Source: Isurus oxyrinchus
Taxonomy: Eukaryota
Reading direction: 5' to 3'
Length of the DNA stretch: 64,000 bases
Assembly: GCA_026770705.1 (NCBI GenBank)
Contig: JANJGN010000021.1
Span: forward strand, 99,634,001 to 99,698,000
Part shown: piece by piece, positions 35,291 to 46,354 of the stretch
Layout of the letters: each line of letters starts with the position of its first letter
How positions within the stretch are numbered: position 1 is the first letter of the stretch
Notes under the pieces: generated by a model
The model's input: only the letters and a program-made list of their open reading frames with translations
What the model was told of the DNA's origin: nothing
Database searches by the model: none
Program-made: the position numbers and the translations under genes

Positions 35291-38200
35291 TCTGGCAATT
35301 CGCATCCATTATCTTGATCCCTCCTCTTGCGCTGGTTCCCATTGACCATGGACATCAGGCGGGGCCTCCTGGTGGAGCTGTGCTCAGTGTTTCCTCTCCC
35401 TCTCTCACCTCCTCCACTGCATGAGGACCCTCAGAAAGGCAGCATTGAGCCCTGGATCAATTTCCTATTTGACTTGCTCTCTGAAATTAATGACATTAAT
35501 GAGGAACGGCTGTACATAGTGAAGCTCACAATCTGCCACCTATAGGAACTGTATTGGGCTACCTTGGTTTCTGCTCTACTTGCATTGTCGCTGATGTTGC
35601 CTTGTCTTCGAGGCGCTACTACCCACACTGAGGTGACCAAGCTGCCATCCCAGCAACGTGACTTCTCAATCCCTGGTTGGTGTGAGAAGGTTTGAGTGAC
35701 AGGCGCTACGTTACCTAGCTCAGTCCTCCAATCTATGGTCTGACATTCCAATTAACAATACATTCCTTCTGACTGATGATTTTTGGGCCCGTGAGGAATG
35801 CTGATTCTGGGGAGCGCCTGACTGGACACCATGAATGGAATGCCATAAATGCTGCAGCTGTGCCTCCTCCCCGAGTGCCTGAATTCCCAAATTATACCTT
35901 CAGAATTTTGATGCTGATAGGGAGCAAATTTGAAGTGAAACCATTAAGTTACGAGTATCCCTCGTTCAGCACCGAAAAACACACTGGATTCCAACGGCTT
36001 TCTGCGCTAGGGGGACTTCCTTCTTTCTGTAGAACAAGACCTCAGGTCGCTCTTGCAGCACCAACAAGTTAGAGGGCACCTCCAGAAAGGGCCCCTTAGT
36101 GCATCAGCCTGCTCCGCACTCATAGCCCCAGTCCCCTCTTGTTCAGAATTGCTTCCATTTTTGAATTAAAACTGCGCGATAACTTCAGCAGAGCAAGATG
36201 GTGGTTCTGCAGTACTAATTAGAGACAAGTTTCACATTCCCTCCCTGGCTCTCTGTGCACCCAATATTTACCTCGAACCTCACAAGGTGAAGGTAGAACT
36301 CCCTCCTGTTATTCTCCAGCCTCCCCCAATAATACTTGGTCCCGTAGCTGTTGTGATGGACATTCCTACCTTCCCCCCATGAGCCCATCACTACTTAAGT
36401 GCACATAGCCCATGTGGACTTTCCTTAACTAGAGGCTGTATGGATGGTCACCTACCCAGGGAACCCCCCCCCCCCCCCCCCCCCCCCCCGCCCCCACCCC
36501 CCCCCAACCCTCTCCTCCCACTCGGCCAGGAACACTTCACATGCACCACCCCCAATCCCCCATTTATTATGTGTTCTTCAAAGACAGCTTACAGATGCCT
36601 CCCATCACAATACCATCTGCAGGCATGGCCATGGGCATAGAATGTGAGACAGCCCTGCACACCAAGCTGTGCATTATTCTGACTGAGCGCACAGCCCTTG
36701 CCCCTCCTTGGAGCTCCCAATGTTTACTCCTGCAGCATGCCTGCTGCACTCCATGACTGCCTCCACTACCTGACTGCTCACTGTGACGTCCACAAAGCCC
36801 CTGGGTTGTCTCTGCTCTCTGACTGCTTTCCACAAAGACCCAGGGGTGTTTGTGCTCTCTGACTCCTGACCAGGGACTTTGACTATCACTTCATTACACA
36901 TTGCCTTGATGACTGAAGACTGCACTGCCTCCCTCCCCAACATTCCCCCTCCACCCCCTCCCACCCTCTTTGAGTCTGCGTGCAACCTCTGCCTTTTGTG
37001 GCACACTAACAACCCCCTTCCCCTGAGTTCATTCTTTTCCATTCATACATGTGGTTCCTCTTTCACCCCCTTGTTTGTTCGCATTTTATTTACCCTTGTC
37101 AGGCTGCCCTCTGCCTCTCATCGTTCCCCCTCCTCCTCTATCTTGTAAAGTCTTCCTTCCCCTCTGCCTTCCATCATGCCTTCTTTCTCCCCTTCCCCTG
37201 ACCCCTTGCCCACCCTTCCTTCCCCATTTCCCCTCATGTGCTTACCCTTCCTCATAATGTCCCTCCCCTCTCAAACCCGCTCCCCGGTTGATGTGCTCAT
37301 CTCTGAATGCTCGGCCCTCTCTGAGTGCCGCTGCACACCGGTGTCCATCGGGACAAAGATGGCACCCACCGAAAGGAGGCCACTCCAAACCCACCCCCAC
37401 CCCCCACCGGGTCACAATACTGATCAGTGTATGAAAGTTGAGCCCTGCCTGAGTACTGTTGCACAGTGGTGTCGTTGTGACCATGGAGGCAAGCATCGGG
37501 AGAGCAGCCCTCCAGTCCCAGCAGTATGGCGTTCCACTGGCATTGCAACAAGACCAGCGCTGTTGGAGGTAGGCAACTTGTGTTGCACTCACCTCAAAGT
37601 CACGAGCGAAGTGAGGCCCGACATACGCACAAGATTCAGACCGACATGATTTCCCGCTGGCATGACACAAGGATGCAAGGCAGCACGTGATTCCGGCAGG
37701 AAGCTGCTTTAATGAGTCATTCATGAGATGGTAACCGATGTAAATGGCGTTCGTGAGATACCCAACCCATCATTAACCCACCGTCTGGAGAATTGGAAAC
37801 TGTTTTTACACCAGCAGCTTTCCGATTTTTTTTCTACTCCCGCTAGACTCTCATCTCCCGCCCACCCAGTAAACCGGCTCAGGTGAGATGGGGCAATTGC
37901 GCCTCTTGTGTTTGGAGGACAGATCATCAAGTCAATGAGCTTCCGTTCACTTTTTTGGAACACTTATTGAGTTTTAAATGCTTATGTCTGAGGATGTCTC
38001 CTCTTTGCCTGGCTGAAGGGGTCCCAGCCTGAATCCACAAGGAGAAAGTCAACTGACCCTCAGAGTCCATTTTGGAAACAGTCTTTAAACTCAGTCCAAG
38101 GTTTACAAAATACAACCTTCAAATTGGCTCTTCTAAAACTGTGCACTGTAACGTCCCTCCTCCCTTTGAGGAAAAAATTGAAATTCCATTTTCCTTTTTT

Positions 38201-38699
38201 GACATATTTGTTTTCCACACACACACGCACACAATTGGCTGGTGCCAAACAGTTTCCTATTCCTATTTCCCAATATTTCCCCATTTCATTTTATGTAGTG
38301 GATGGTTTTGGCTGATATTATGTGAGAGCTCACAATTGGCGAAAATATCAGGTATAGGACTCTTAAAGCAGTTAGCATTTGAAGGAAGTTTAGAATTCAT
38401 GCTGGCTCCTAGAGGCAGGCCAAGTTTCGCTTGGTTGCCTTGGACACAAGGGCCAGGATTTTACAGCCCCGTTGCGATGTGCTCCCCACCCCCGGCAGAG
38501 GCGGCAAGCCATATAAATCTCCGTTCAGTTCCCGCCGGGCAGGAGGCACTGTCAAATCCTGGCCAAAGCCTTTCAATATGCAAATCAAGTTGCCTGTCTG
38601 GAGAAAGGTTTTGTCAAACAGTTAACCCTTGCTTGGCTGTGTCCAAAATCCAGGAGCTGGGTAATTCAGGTGGAAATGAGGACTTGAATTTCTAGGATG

Positions 38700-40380
38700 A
38701 TGGATGGAGTAAATTTGTTTAAGACCCTTTGAAAGTGTCAGCAGCCCTTGAACTTCCTTTTGTGCTGTTGTAAGCGCGGTTTGGCTTAAGGGGTAATGAT
38801 TTCCCCAGTTCAGCTATTGTGTCATTTGGGTTGGTCCCCAATTTGCCCCATGTATTTTGGGTCACCTGCATTCACAGGTGCCTGGCTAGCTTTTGCTGCC
38901 TTGCCCGGTGCCTCTTCAACTATGTGAGGCATTTCCCTTTGTTTTGGAACTCACCTGGACCCTTTTTAACACCAAGAAGAAAGTGCCTGCCAACCCAAAT
39001 TTCTGAGTCACTCCCTTCATATTTTTAAAAATTCTGCAGGTCCTTCCTTGGCCTCTATTCTACTGGCCTGGTCTCAGCTTCTTCTGACTCAAGTGGCTTC
39101 TCTTGAGCCACTTCAACCCTCATGGGTTCCTTCGATCCTGCAGGGCAGCTGAACTTTTCCAGCTTTCTGCACCCCTGCCAAATTCTGCTGTTTTCCTCTG
39201 GTCTCTGTAGCCTCTCTGAACTGTCTTTGAATTTTTGGGTGTTACATCACCTGTAGGTCATTCCCTAATAAAATCTCCAGCCCTTGTATGGGTAAGCTTG
39301 AGATTGCACCCACTGATATCAGCCCCCAGAAAGCTCACCATTTAAGTGATTTTTTACTAATGGTACCTCAATACATTCTCCAGTGATTCCTTTGACTAAT
39401 ACACTGGAATTTGTCCTGTTTCTGAGTGGGAAATCTTCAATTTTCCTGTTAGGAGCATCTGTACGCACCCATTACCTTGGAGAATGCTAATCTCCTATTT
39501 CGGTTCCTTGGAACCACTACAGGGCATCTTTCCCTTGAATACAAAATCCTGATAGATATCTGACTGCCCTGCTGTGTTTTCAGAGATTTACAGATCTCGT
39601 GACATGGTCAGTGCTGTAATGTTCCCTGTGGTTCTGTGGGCATGCCAGCAAATTCCTTGACATGTCCTGGTTTGCCACAATGAAAGCTGCTTGTTTGTTT
39701 TCCAGACCCCTTCTTTTAAAAGTTGGAGATTGGTTTGCCCTGCTTTCCCTACTCCCCTTTCCCTCAGGATCTTCTTCTGTCCCTTTTGTGCCCCTTGCTG
39801 ATATGAACTACCTGACCAGGTCTGCTGTGGTTCACCGGTTTGTGAATCAGTCCGTAATCCCCAGCCACAACTTCGGCTGCCCTTCCTCGAGGTGGCAGCA
39901 TGGAATGGAGAATGACTGAATAAAGTGTCTCCAAAATTGAAATGCTAATCAATTAAGAGATTGAACCCATGGATGTGGACGAGGCACTGTAGCTGTAATT
40001 TTCCCTCCTGTTCTGCAGGAGTTACAGTGACTCTTCTGCAGCTCCGTCACCACTTACCCCCTCAACACCACTCCACTCCCCCCAAGACTGCCAGTATTAA
40101 ACACCCCGGGGATTCCTGGTTTCATTCAGTTGCTGGAAGTCTGAGGATAAATATTATGTTTATGAACTGGAAACACTGGAATCCACCTCTGGGTTGCTCT
40201 CAGTTCTTTTGCTTATTCATTAATTGAATAATTGATGTAACCAGATATTTCACTGCGCTCTTGAACTGCTCCCTGAACTTGGACCGGGTCACCCCATAAA
40301 CAAATGTGTACTGCAATTTAATTCAGCCAGCATAATTCCAGCTTCTTGAAAGATGTAAGAAGAATTGTTCAAATATTTGG
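38700..40380 (-). mobile_element. degenerate Gypsy-type internal region (zinc knuckle, protease)
   Basis: Minus-strand FHCGKPGH (about 39660-39690) and LPIQGLEILLGNDL (about 39255-39297). Confidence 0.5.
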
Positions 40381-40407
40381 TATTAATTCCTGTAATGATA
40401 CAATATA

Positions 40408-42112
40408 ACAAAGGAGGACACAAATAACATAACAGGAATATTGGGGAAGACGGTTTAGTGAGAGGGAGGGATTGAAAGAAATCAGTATTAGTAGAGAAAT
40501 GGTGTTGGGGAAATTGATGGGATTGAAGGCCAATAAATCCCTGGGGCCTGATAATCTACATCCCAGAGTACTTAAGGAAGTGGCCCTAGAAATAGTGGAT
40601 GCACTGGTGGTCATCTTCCAAGATTCTATAGACTCTGGAACAGTTCCTACAGATTGGAGGGTAGCTAATGTAACCCTACTATTTAAAAAGGGACGTAGAG
40701 AGAAAGGGAATTATAGATCAGTCAGCCTGACGTCGGTAGTGGGGAAAATTCTAGAGTCCATTATAAAAGATTTAATAGCCAAGCACTTGGAAAACAGTGG
40801 CAGAATCGGACAGAGTCAGCATGGATTTACGAAAGGGAAATCATGCTTGACAAATCTACTAGAATTTTTCAAGGATGTAACTAGTAGAGTTGATGAGGGG
40901 CAGCCAGTGGATTTAGTTTATTTGGACTGTCAGAAGGCTTTCGACAAAGTCCCACATAAGAGATTAGCGTGTAAAATTAAAGCGCATGGGATTGGGGGTA
41001 GTGTATTGAGGTGGATAGAAAACTGGTTGGCAGACAGGAAACAAAGAGTAGGAATAAACGGGTCTTTTTCTGAATGGCAGGCAGTGACTAGTGGGGTACC
41101 GCAGGGATCAGTGCTGGGACTCCAGCTATTCACAATATACATTAATGATTTGGATGAGGGAACTGAATGTAATATCTCCAAACTTGCAGACGACAGAAAG
41201 CTGGGTGGGAGGGTGAGCTGTGAGGAGGATGCAGAGATGCTTCAGTGTGATTTGGACAAGCTGAGTGAGTGGGCAAATGCATGGCAGAAGCAGTATAATG
41301 TGGATAAATGTGAGTTTATCCATTTTGGGAGCAAAAACGGGAAGGCAGATTATTATCTGAATGGCTATAAATTGAGAGAGGGGAATGTGCAACAAGACGT
41401 GGGTGTCCTCATAACCAGTCGCTGAAGATAAGCATGCAGGTGCAGCAGGCGGTAAAGAAGGCAAATGGTATGTTGGCCTTCATAGCCAGAGGATTCGAGT
41501 ACAGGAACAGGGATGTCTTGCTGAGATTATACAGGGCCTTGGTGAGACCACATCTGGAATATTGTGTGCAATTTTGGGCTCCTCATCTGAGGAAGGATGT
41601 TCTTGCTATACAGGGAGTGCAGCGAAGGTTTACCAGACTGATTCCTGGGATGGCGGGACTGACATATGAGGAGAGATTGTGCCGGTTAGGATTATATTCG
41701 CTGGAGTTCAGAAGAATGAGGGGGGGGATCTCATGGAAATCTATAACATTCTAACAGGACTAGACAGGGCAGATTCAGGAAGGATGTTTCTGATAGTGGG
41801 GAGGGGTCCAGAACCAGGGGTCACAGTCTGAGGATATGGGGTACACCACTTAGGACTGAGATGAGGAGAAATTTCTTCACCCAGAGAGTGGTGAGCCTGT
41901 GGAATTAGTGACCACAGAAAGTAGGTGAGGCCAAAACATTGTATGTTTTCAAGAAGGAGTTAGATATAGCTCTTGGGGTGAAAGGGATCAAAGGATATGG
42001 AGAAAAAGCAGGAGCAGGCTATTGAGTTGGATGATAGGCTATGATCATAATGAATGGCGGAGCAGGCTCAAAGGGCCGAAAGGCCTACTCCTGCTCCTAG
42101 TTTCTATGTTTG
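40408..42112 (+). mobile_element. 5'-truncated, relatively young CR1 LINE (RT domain plus 3'UTR)
   Basis: ORFs 40472-41425 (317 aa; YRSVSLTSVVGK, QKAFDKVPH, SGVPQGSVLG, LADD) and 41434-41754, with a TTTCTATG tail. Confidence 0.95.
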
Positions 42113-42434
42113 TAAGAAGTTTATAACATATAAAAGCCACAGGAGTATGAAGCTGCCAGATATGGTGAAGAGTAAAATCACAGACTTCCTTCTGCTCTCC
42201 ATCTCTGGGTCACTGCGATTCTCTCCCTTGCTCTGAGCTGAGGGAGGGTGGTATGTGGTAATCAGTCGTTTTCCATGCCCTTGTTTCTTCTGATGGCATG
42301 AGACTTCATGGAGTCTGGAGTCGATGTTGAGGACTCCCAGGGCAACTCCCTCCTGACTGTATATCACTGTGCCGTCACCTCTGCTGGGACTGTTCTGCCG
42401 GTGGGACAGGACATATCCAGGGATGGTGATAATC

Positions 42435-42681
42435 TTTTAAATGAAAACCAAATCAACAAAATCAGGATAAATCAGGCACAGCCCCTAATTCAGGTCAGCT
42501 GTAAAACCAAGAACAAAGTTTAAAAGAAACTTACAAACTTTAAATCAAAATGTGATTAAAGGGGTCAACAAAACACCCCAGTCCCCACGGTGCCCACCGA
42601 GCACGGAAGGCCTCGAGAGTGCCAGCAGACACCGCGTGCTCCCTCTCCAGGGACATCCGGCAGCGAACGTAGCCGCGGAAG
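42435..42681 (-). mobile_element. Tx1/L1-like 3' end, second copy
   Basis: FRGYVRCRMSLEREHAVSAGTLEAFRARWAPWGLGCFVDPFNHILI*, homologous to 17293-17546. It lies inside a second-family LINE fragment (about 42245-43035). Confidence 0.7.
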
Positions 42682-45214
42682 TTTTTTTTATTGCTGTTGT
42701 CGTTTCTGGTGCCTAGTTCGATGCCGGGTGGTCCGTCCGATTCCATTCCTTTTTTGTGACTTTGTAGAGGTTTGTTACAACTGATTGTCTTGCTCAGCCA
42801 TTTCAGAGGGCATTTAAGAGTCAACCACATTGCTGTGGGTCTGGAGTCACGTGTAGGCCAGACTGGGTAAGGACGACAGGTTTCCTTCCCTCAAGGACAT
42901 TGGTGAATTAGATGGGTTTTTACAGCAATCAATAATGGTTTCATGGTCACCATTAGACTTTTAATTCCAGATTTTTATTGAATTCAAATTCCACCATCTG
43001 CTGAGGTGGGATTCGAACCTGGGTCTCCAGAGCATTAAGATAAAAGCAAAATACTGCAGATGCTGGAAATCTGAAACAAAAGCAGAAAATACTGGAAAAA
43101 CTCAACAGGTCTAACAGCAGAAAGAAAGGTCTAACCGAGAGAAAGACAGAGTTAACGTTTCAAATCTATATGACCCTGAAGAAGACACCAGCACCAGGCA
43201 CATTTTCAGGGTCTCAGGTGGCATGGGGAGTTGAGGTCCAGAGGGGTGGACAGAGAGGGGATGGCATGTGGGTGGAGAAGGCAGGAAGCACCTGCAGGAG
43301 CCAGACCTTTTGGGGGTGGGGTGGAACCACCCGATGTTAAAAGGAGGGTGCTGCTGGAAGCACCCCCAATAATTGGCCGGTTAAGGCCCTCAATTGAGCA
43401 GCCTGGCCTAGGCCTTGACCATCCATGTGTAAAATTATAGCCAGGCCGGGAGTCCAGTGGGAAGGCCACTCAAGAAATGTTTTGATCACCAGCTCCCCCA
43501 CCCCTACCCCCACCCCCGTCCACAAATTCGTTGGCAGGGGCAACGTAAATTTCTGCCTGATGTTGCTTTCATCATGAAAAGCAATATCACATCTCAGTCT
43601 CTATATGGGTCAATGTCGGCTCCCGTCTGCTCATTCTCGTCCCACTCCACCGCTTCCTCTGGGTTCTTTCTCCCTCCCCTCCATTCACTTACCTGACTCC
43701 ACTCCATCATGGCCAACCTCTCCTCCTACCCCCCTGTCCCCTACCTCCATCCCGCAACCCCCTCCCCACCCCCGTTCCCCCACCTCTGTCCCCAGATTTC
43801 CTCCCCAGTAGGGCATTAATGAAGTAGATGAGTTTTTGTGAAAATCCAGTAATTTCATGATCATCGTCACTGAGACTAGTTTTTAATTGCAGGTTTATTT
43901 ATTAATTAAATTTAAATTCCACCAGCTGCTGGAATGAGACTTGAACTCGTGTTGCCAAAGCATTAGTTGTGGCCTGTGGATTACTAAACCTTTCTAAACC
44001 CCCCACCCGACAGCCATTCTGCACCCCTGTCCTTTCTACCACTCCTGTGCCCCCTGCCCTTTCTGCCACTCCTCACTTTCCACCCCCAGACCCTGCCTCC
44101 CCTACAACCCCTTCTCCTCTTCCCCTTCATTCCTCCCCCACCCCCATGCTACTTGCTACTTCCACTGTCCCGTTCCTCTTCCTCACCACCACCCCCCCCT
44201 CCCCCGGCCCCGATAAGAGCTGGATGAAATAAGAGCAGGCATAGAACCTACTGCCCCTTGAGTCTTCTCCATCATCCAACACGTTCATGGTTGATCTCCT
44301 GCCTGAACTCCAATTTCTCGTCTGCTTTCCATTCCTTTATTGCCTTGAAAATCTGTCTATCCCAACTTTAAATGTATGTAACAATGGTTCATCCACAACC
44401 CTCTGGGGTATCAAATTTTAAAGATTCTCAACCATTTGAGTGAAGAAAATTCTCCTCATCTCAGCCCTAAATGATCAGCCCCTTATCCTGAGGCTGTGCC
44501 CCCACAGTCTAGATTCCCCAGCCAGCCAGAGGATGAAACTTCTATGTTTAGTCTACCAAGCCCCTTCAGAATCTTATATATCTCAATGAGATCACCTCCC
44601 ATTCTTCTGAATTCCTGAGAATATAGGCTCGATTTACTCAGCCTCCAGCTTCTTTTAAGAAATAGGAAGAGGAGTAGGCCATTTAGCCCCTAATCATAGG
44701 AAAACCCTTTCATCCCGGGAATCAATCCTGTGAACCTTCATTGTACTGCTTCCAAGGCGAGTGAACCCTTCCTCAGATATGGACACCAAAACTGCACATG
44801 GTTTTCCAGATGTGTTCTCATTAAAAATAATAATAATACTTCCTTATTCTTGTATCCCAACTCCCTTGCAGCATTCGGTTTACTTCCCCAATTGCATGCT
44901 GCACTAGCATACTAGCTTTCTGTGACTGATGTCAGGCTAATTGGCCTGTAGTTCCCTGTTTTCTCTCTCTCTCCTTTCTTGTTACATTTGCTAACTTGAG
45001 CCTTGCTGAAAAAAGAGACATGTTGTTAAATCTTTTCAACTCGCACTTATCAGGACATATGCAAGACTTCGGCGGGACCAGAAGATCCCGCTGGTGGAAG
45101 GGGCAATAAAATTGCGCCCTTGTGTATTACTGAGAAAATGGGCATTTTTTGTTGAAGCTTTTCGTTTTGCACTCATCAGGACAATTCGCAAGAATACCAA
45201 TGTCACGGAAACCA

Positions 45215-45856
45215 ACAGGTGAACACTCACTCAGTCCCAGCACCCTGTTTAAAGGTGAACAGACTCACTCAGTCCAAAGTCCCTGTTTACAGGTGAACTG
45301 ACTGACTCAGTCCCACCTCACTATTTACAGGTGAACAGACTGACTCAGCTCCACCCCACTGTTTACAGGTGAACAGACTGACTAAGTCCCAACCCCTGTT
45401 TACAGGTGCACAGACTGACTCAGCTCCACCCCCCTGTTTATAGCTGAACAGACTAAGTCAGTCCCACACCCTGTTTGTAGGCAGACTGACTCAGCTCCAC
45501 CCCACTGTTTACAGGTAAACAAACTGACTCAGCTCCACCCCCCAGTTTACAGGTGAACAGATTGAGTCAGTTCCACACCCTGTTTATAAGTGAACAGGTT
45601 GACTCAGCTCCACCCCCCTGTTTACAGGTGAACAGATTGACTCAGCTCCACATCCCTATTTACAGGTGAATAGACTGACTCAGCTCCACCCCACTGTTTA
45701 CAGGTGAACAGACTGACTCAGTTTCACCCCACTGTTTACAGGTGAACAGACTGACACAGTCCCACTCCTTGTTTATAGGTGAACAGACTGACTCAGCCCT
45801 ACCCACGGTTTACAGGTGAACAGACTGAATCAGTCCCACCACCCTGTTTATAGGTG
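45215..45856. repeat. 38-bp minisatellite (TTTACAGGTGAACAGACTGACTCAGCTCCACCCCACTG)
   Basis: About 17 tandem copies read directly. Confidence 0.9.
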
Positions 45857-45954
45857 CGCTCAGATTCAGACACGTGCTTCCCCCGAAGTGACGTCCAGGT
45901 CGTTGTAGAATCACTGCTGGAGGGATTGAATCTGAACCAGACTCCGGATCTGAA

Positions 45955-45994
45955 GAGTCTGAAGAAGAATCATACAGACTCGAAATGTTAACTC
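45955..45994 (+). ncRNA. minimal type I hammerhead ribozyme in a Penelope pLTR fragment (to about 46090)
   Basis: GAGT-CTGAAGA-A-GAATC ataca GACTC-GAAA-TGTTA-ACTC. Core boxes intact, helix I GAGT/ACTC, one mismatch in helix II. Confidence 0.65.
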
Positions 45995-46084
45995 TGTTTC
46001 TTTCTCCACAGATGCTGTCAGACCCGTTGAGTTTTTCCAGCATTTTCTAATTTTATTTCAGATTTCCAGCGTCCACAGTATTTT

Positions 46085-46200
46085 ACTTTCACTTTTTCTG
46101 TTTGTTTCTGACCCTGTTTTGAGTCTATTCTGCTGGAGACTGAAGTTCACAAACTGGTTTTATTCTGACTGGTTCAATTGTATTTTGCAACCAATCAGAT
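46085..46200 (+). promoter_or_regulatory. putative class I proximal promoter: ISRE/IRF-like motif and CCAAT box
   Basis: ACTTTCACTTT at 46085-46095 and CCAATCAG at 46191-46198, 110-220 bp upstream of the leader ATG. Confidence 0.5.
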
Positions 46201-46305
46201 TAAAGCTGAGTAAACAGCACAGGAAGCAGCTCACAGCTGGTGGAGATTCATTTTCTTGGAGAGGATTTCCCTCCAAATGTTCCTTCCAGACTGAGGAAAG
46301 CAACA

Positions 46306-46354
46306 ATGATTGGACTGATAGTGCTGGTCCTTTTGTGTGGAGAGGTGTCTGCAG
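46306..46354 (+). CDS. MHC class I leader exon (copy 2)
   Basis: MIGLIVLVLLCGEVSA(G), donor GTGAGT. Confidence 0.88.

Noticed and set aside
36464-36505. Poly-proline ORFs
   Set aside because: A poly-C tract, possibly with sequencing length error.
38072-38695. 207-aa ORF as a gene
   Set aside because: No recognisable motif or splice context, and it spans apparent repeat fragments.
40472-41754. Active LINE
   Set aside because: 5'-truncated, no endonuclease, split ORF and altered catalytic motif (LADD).
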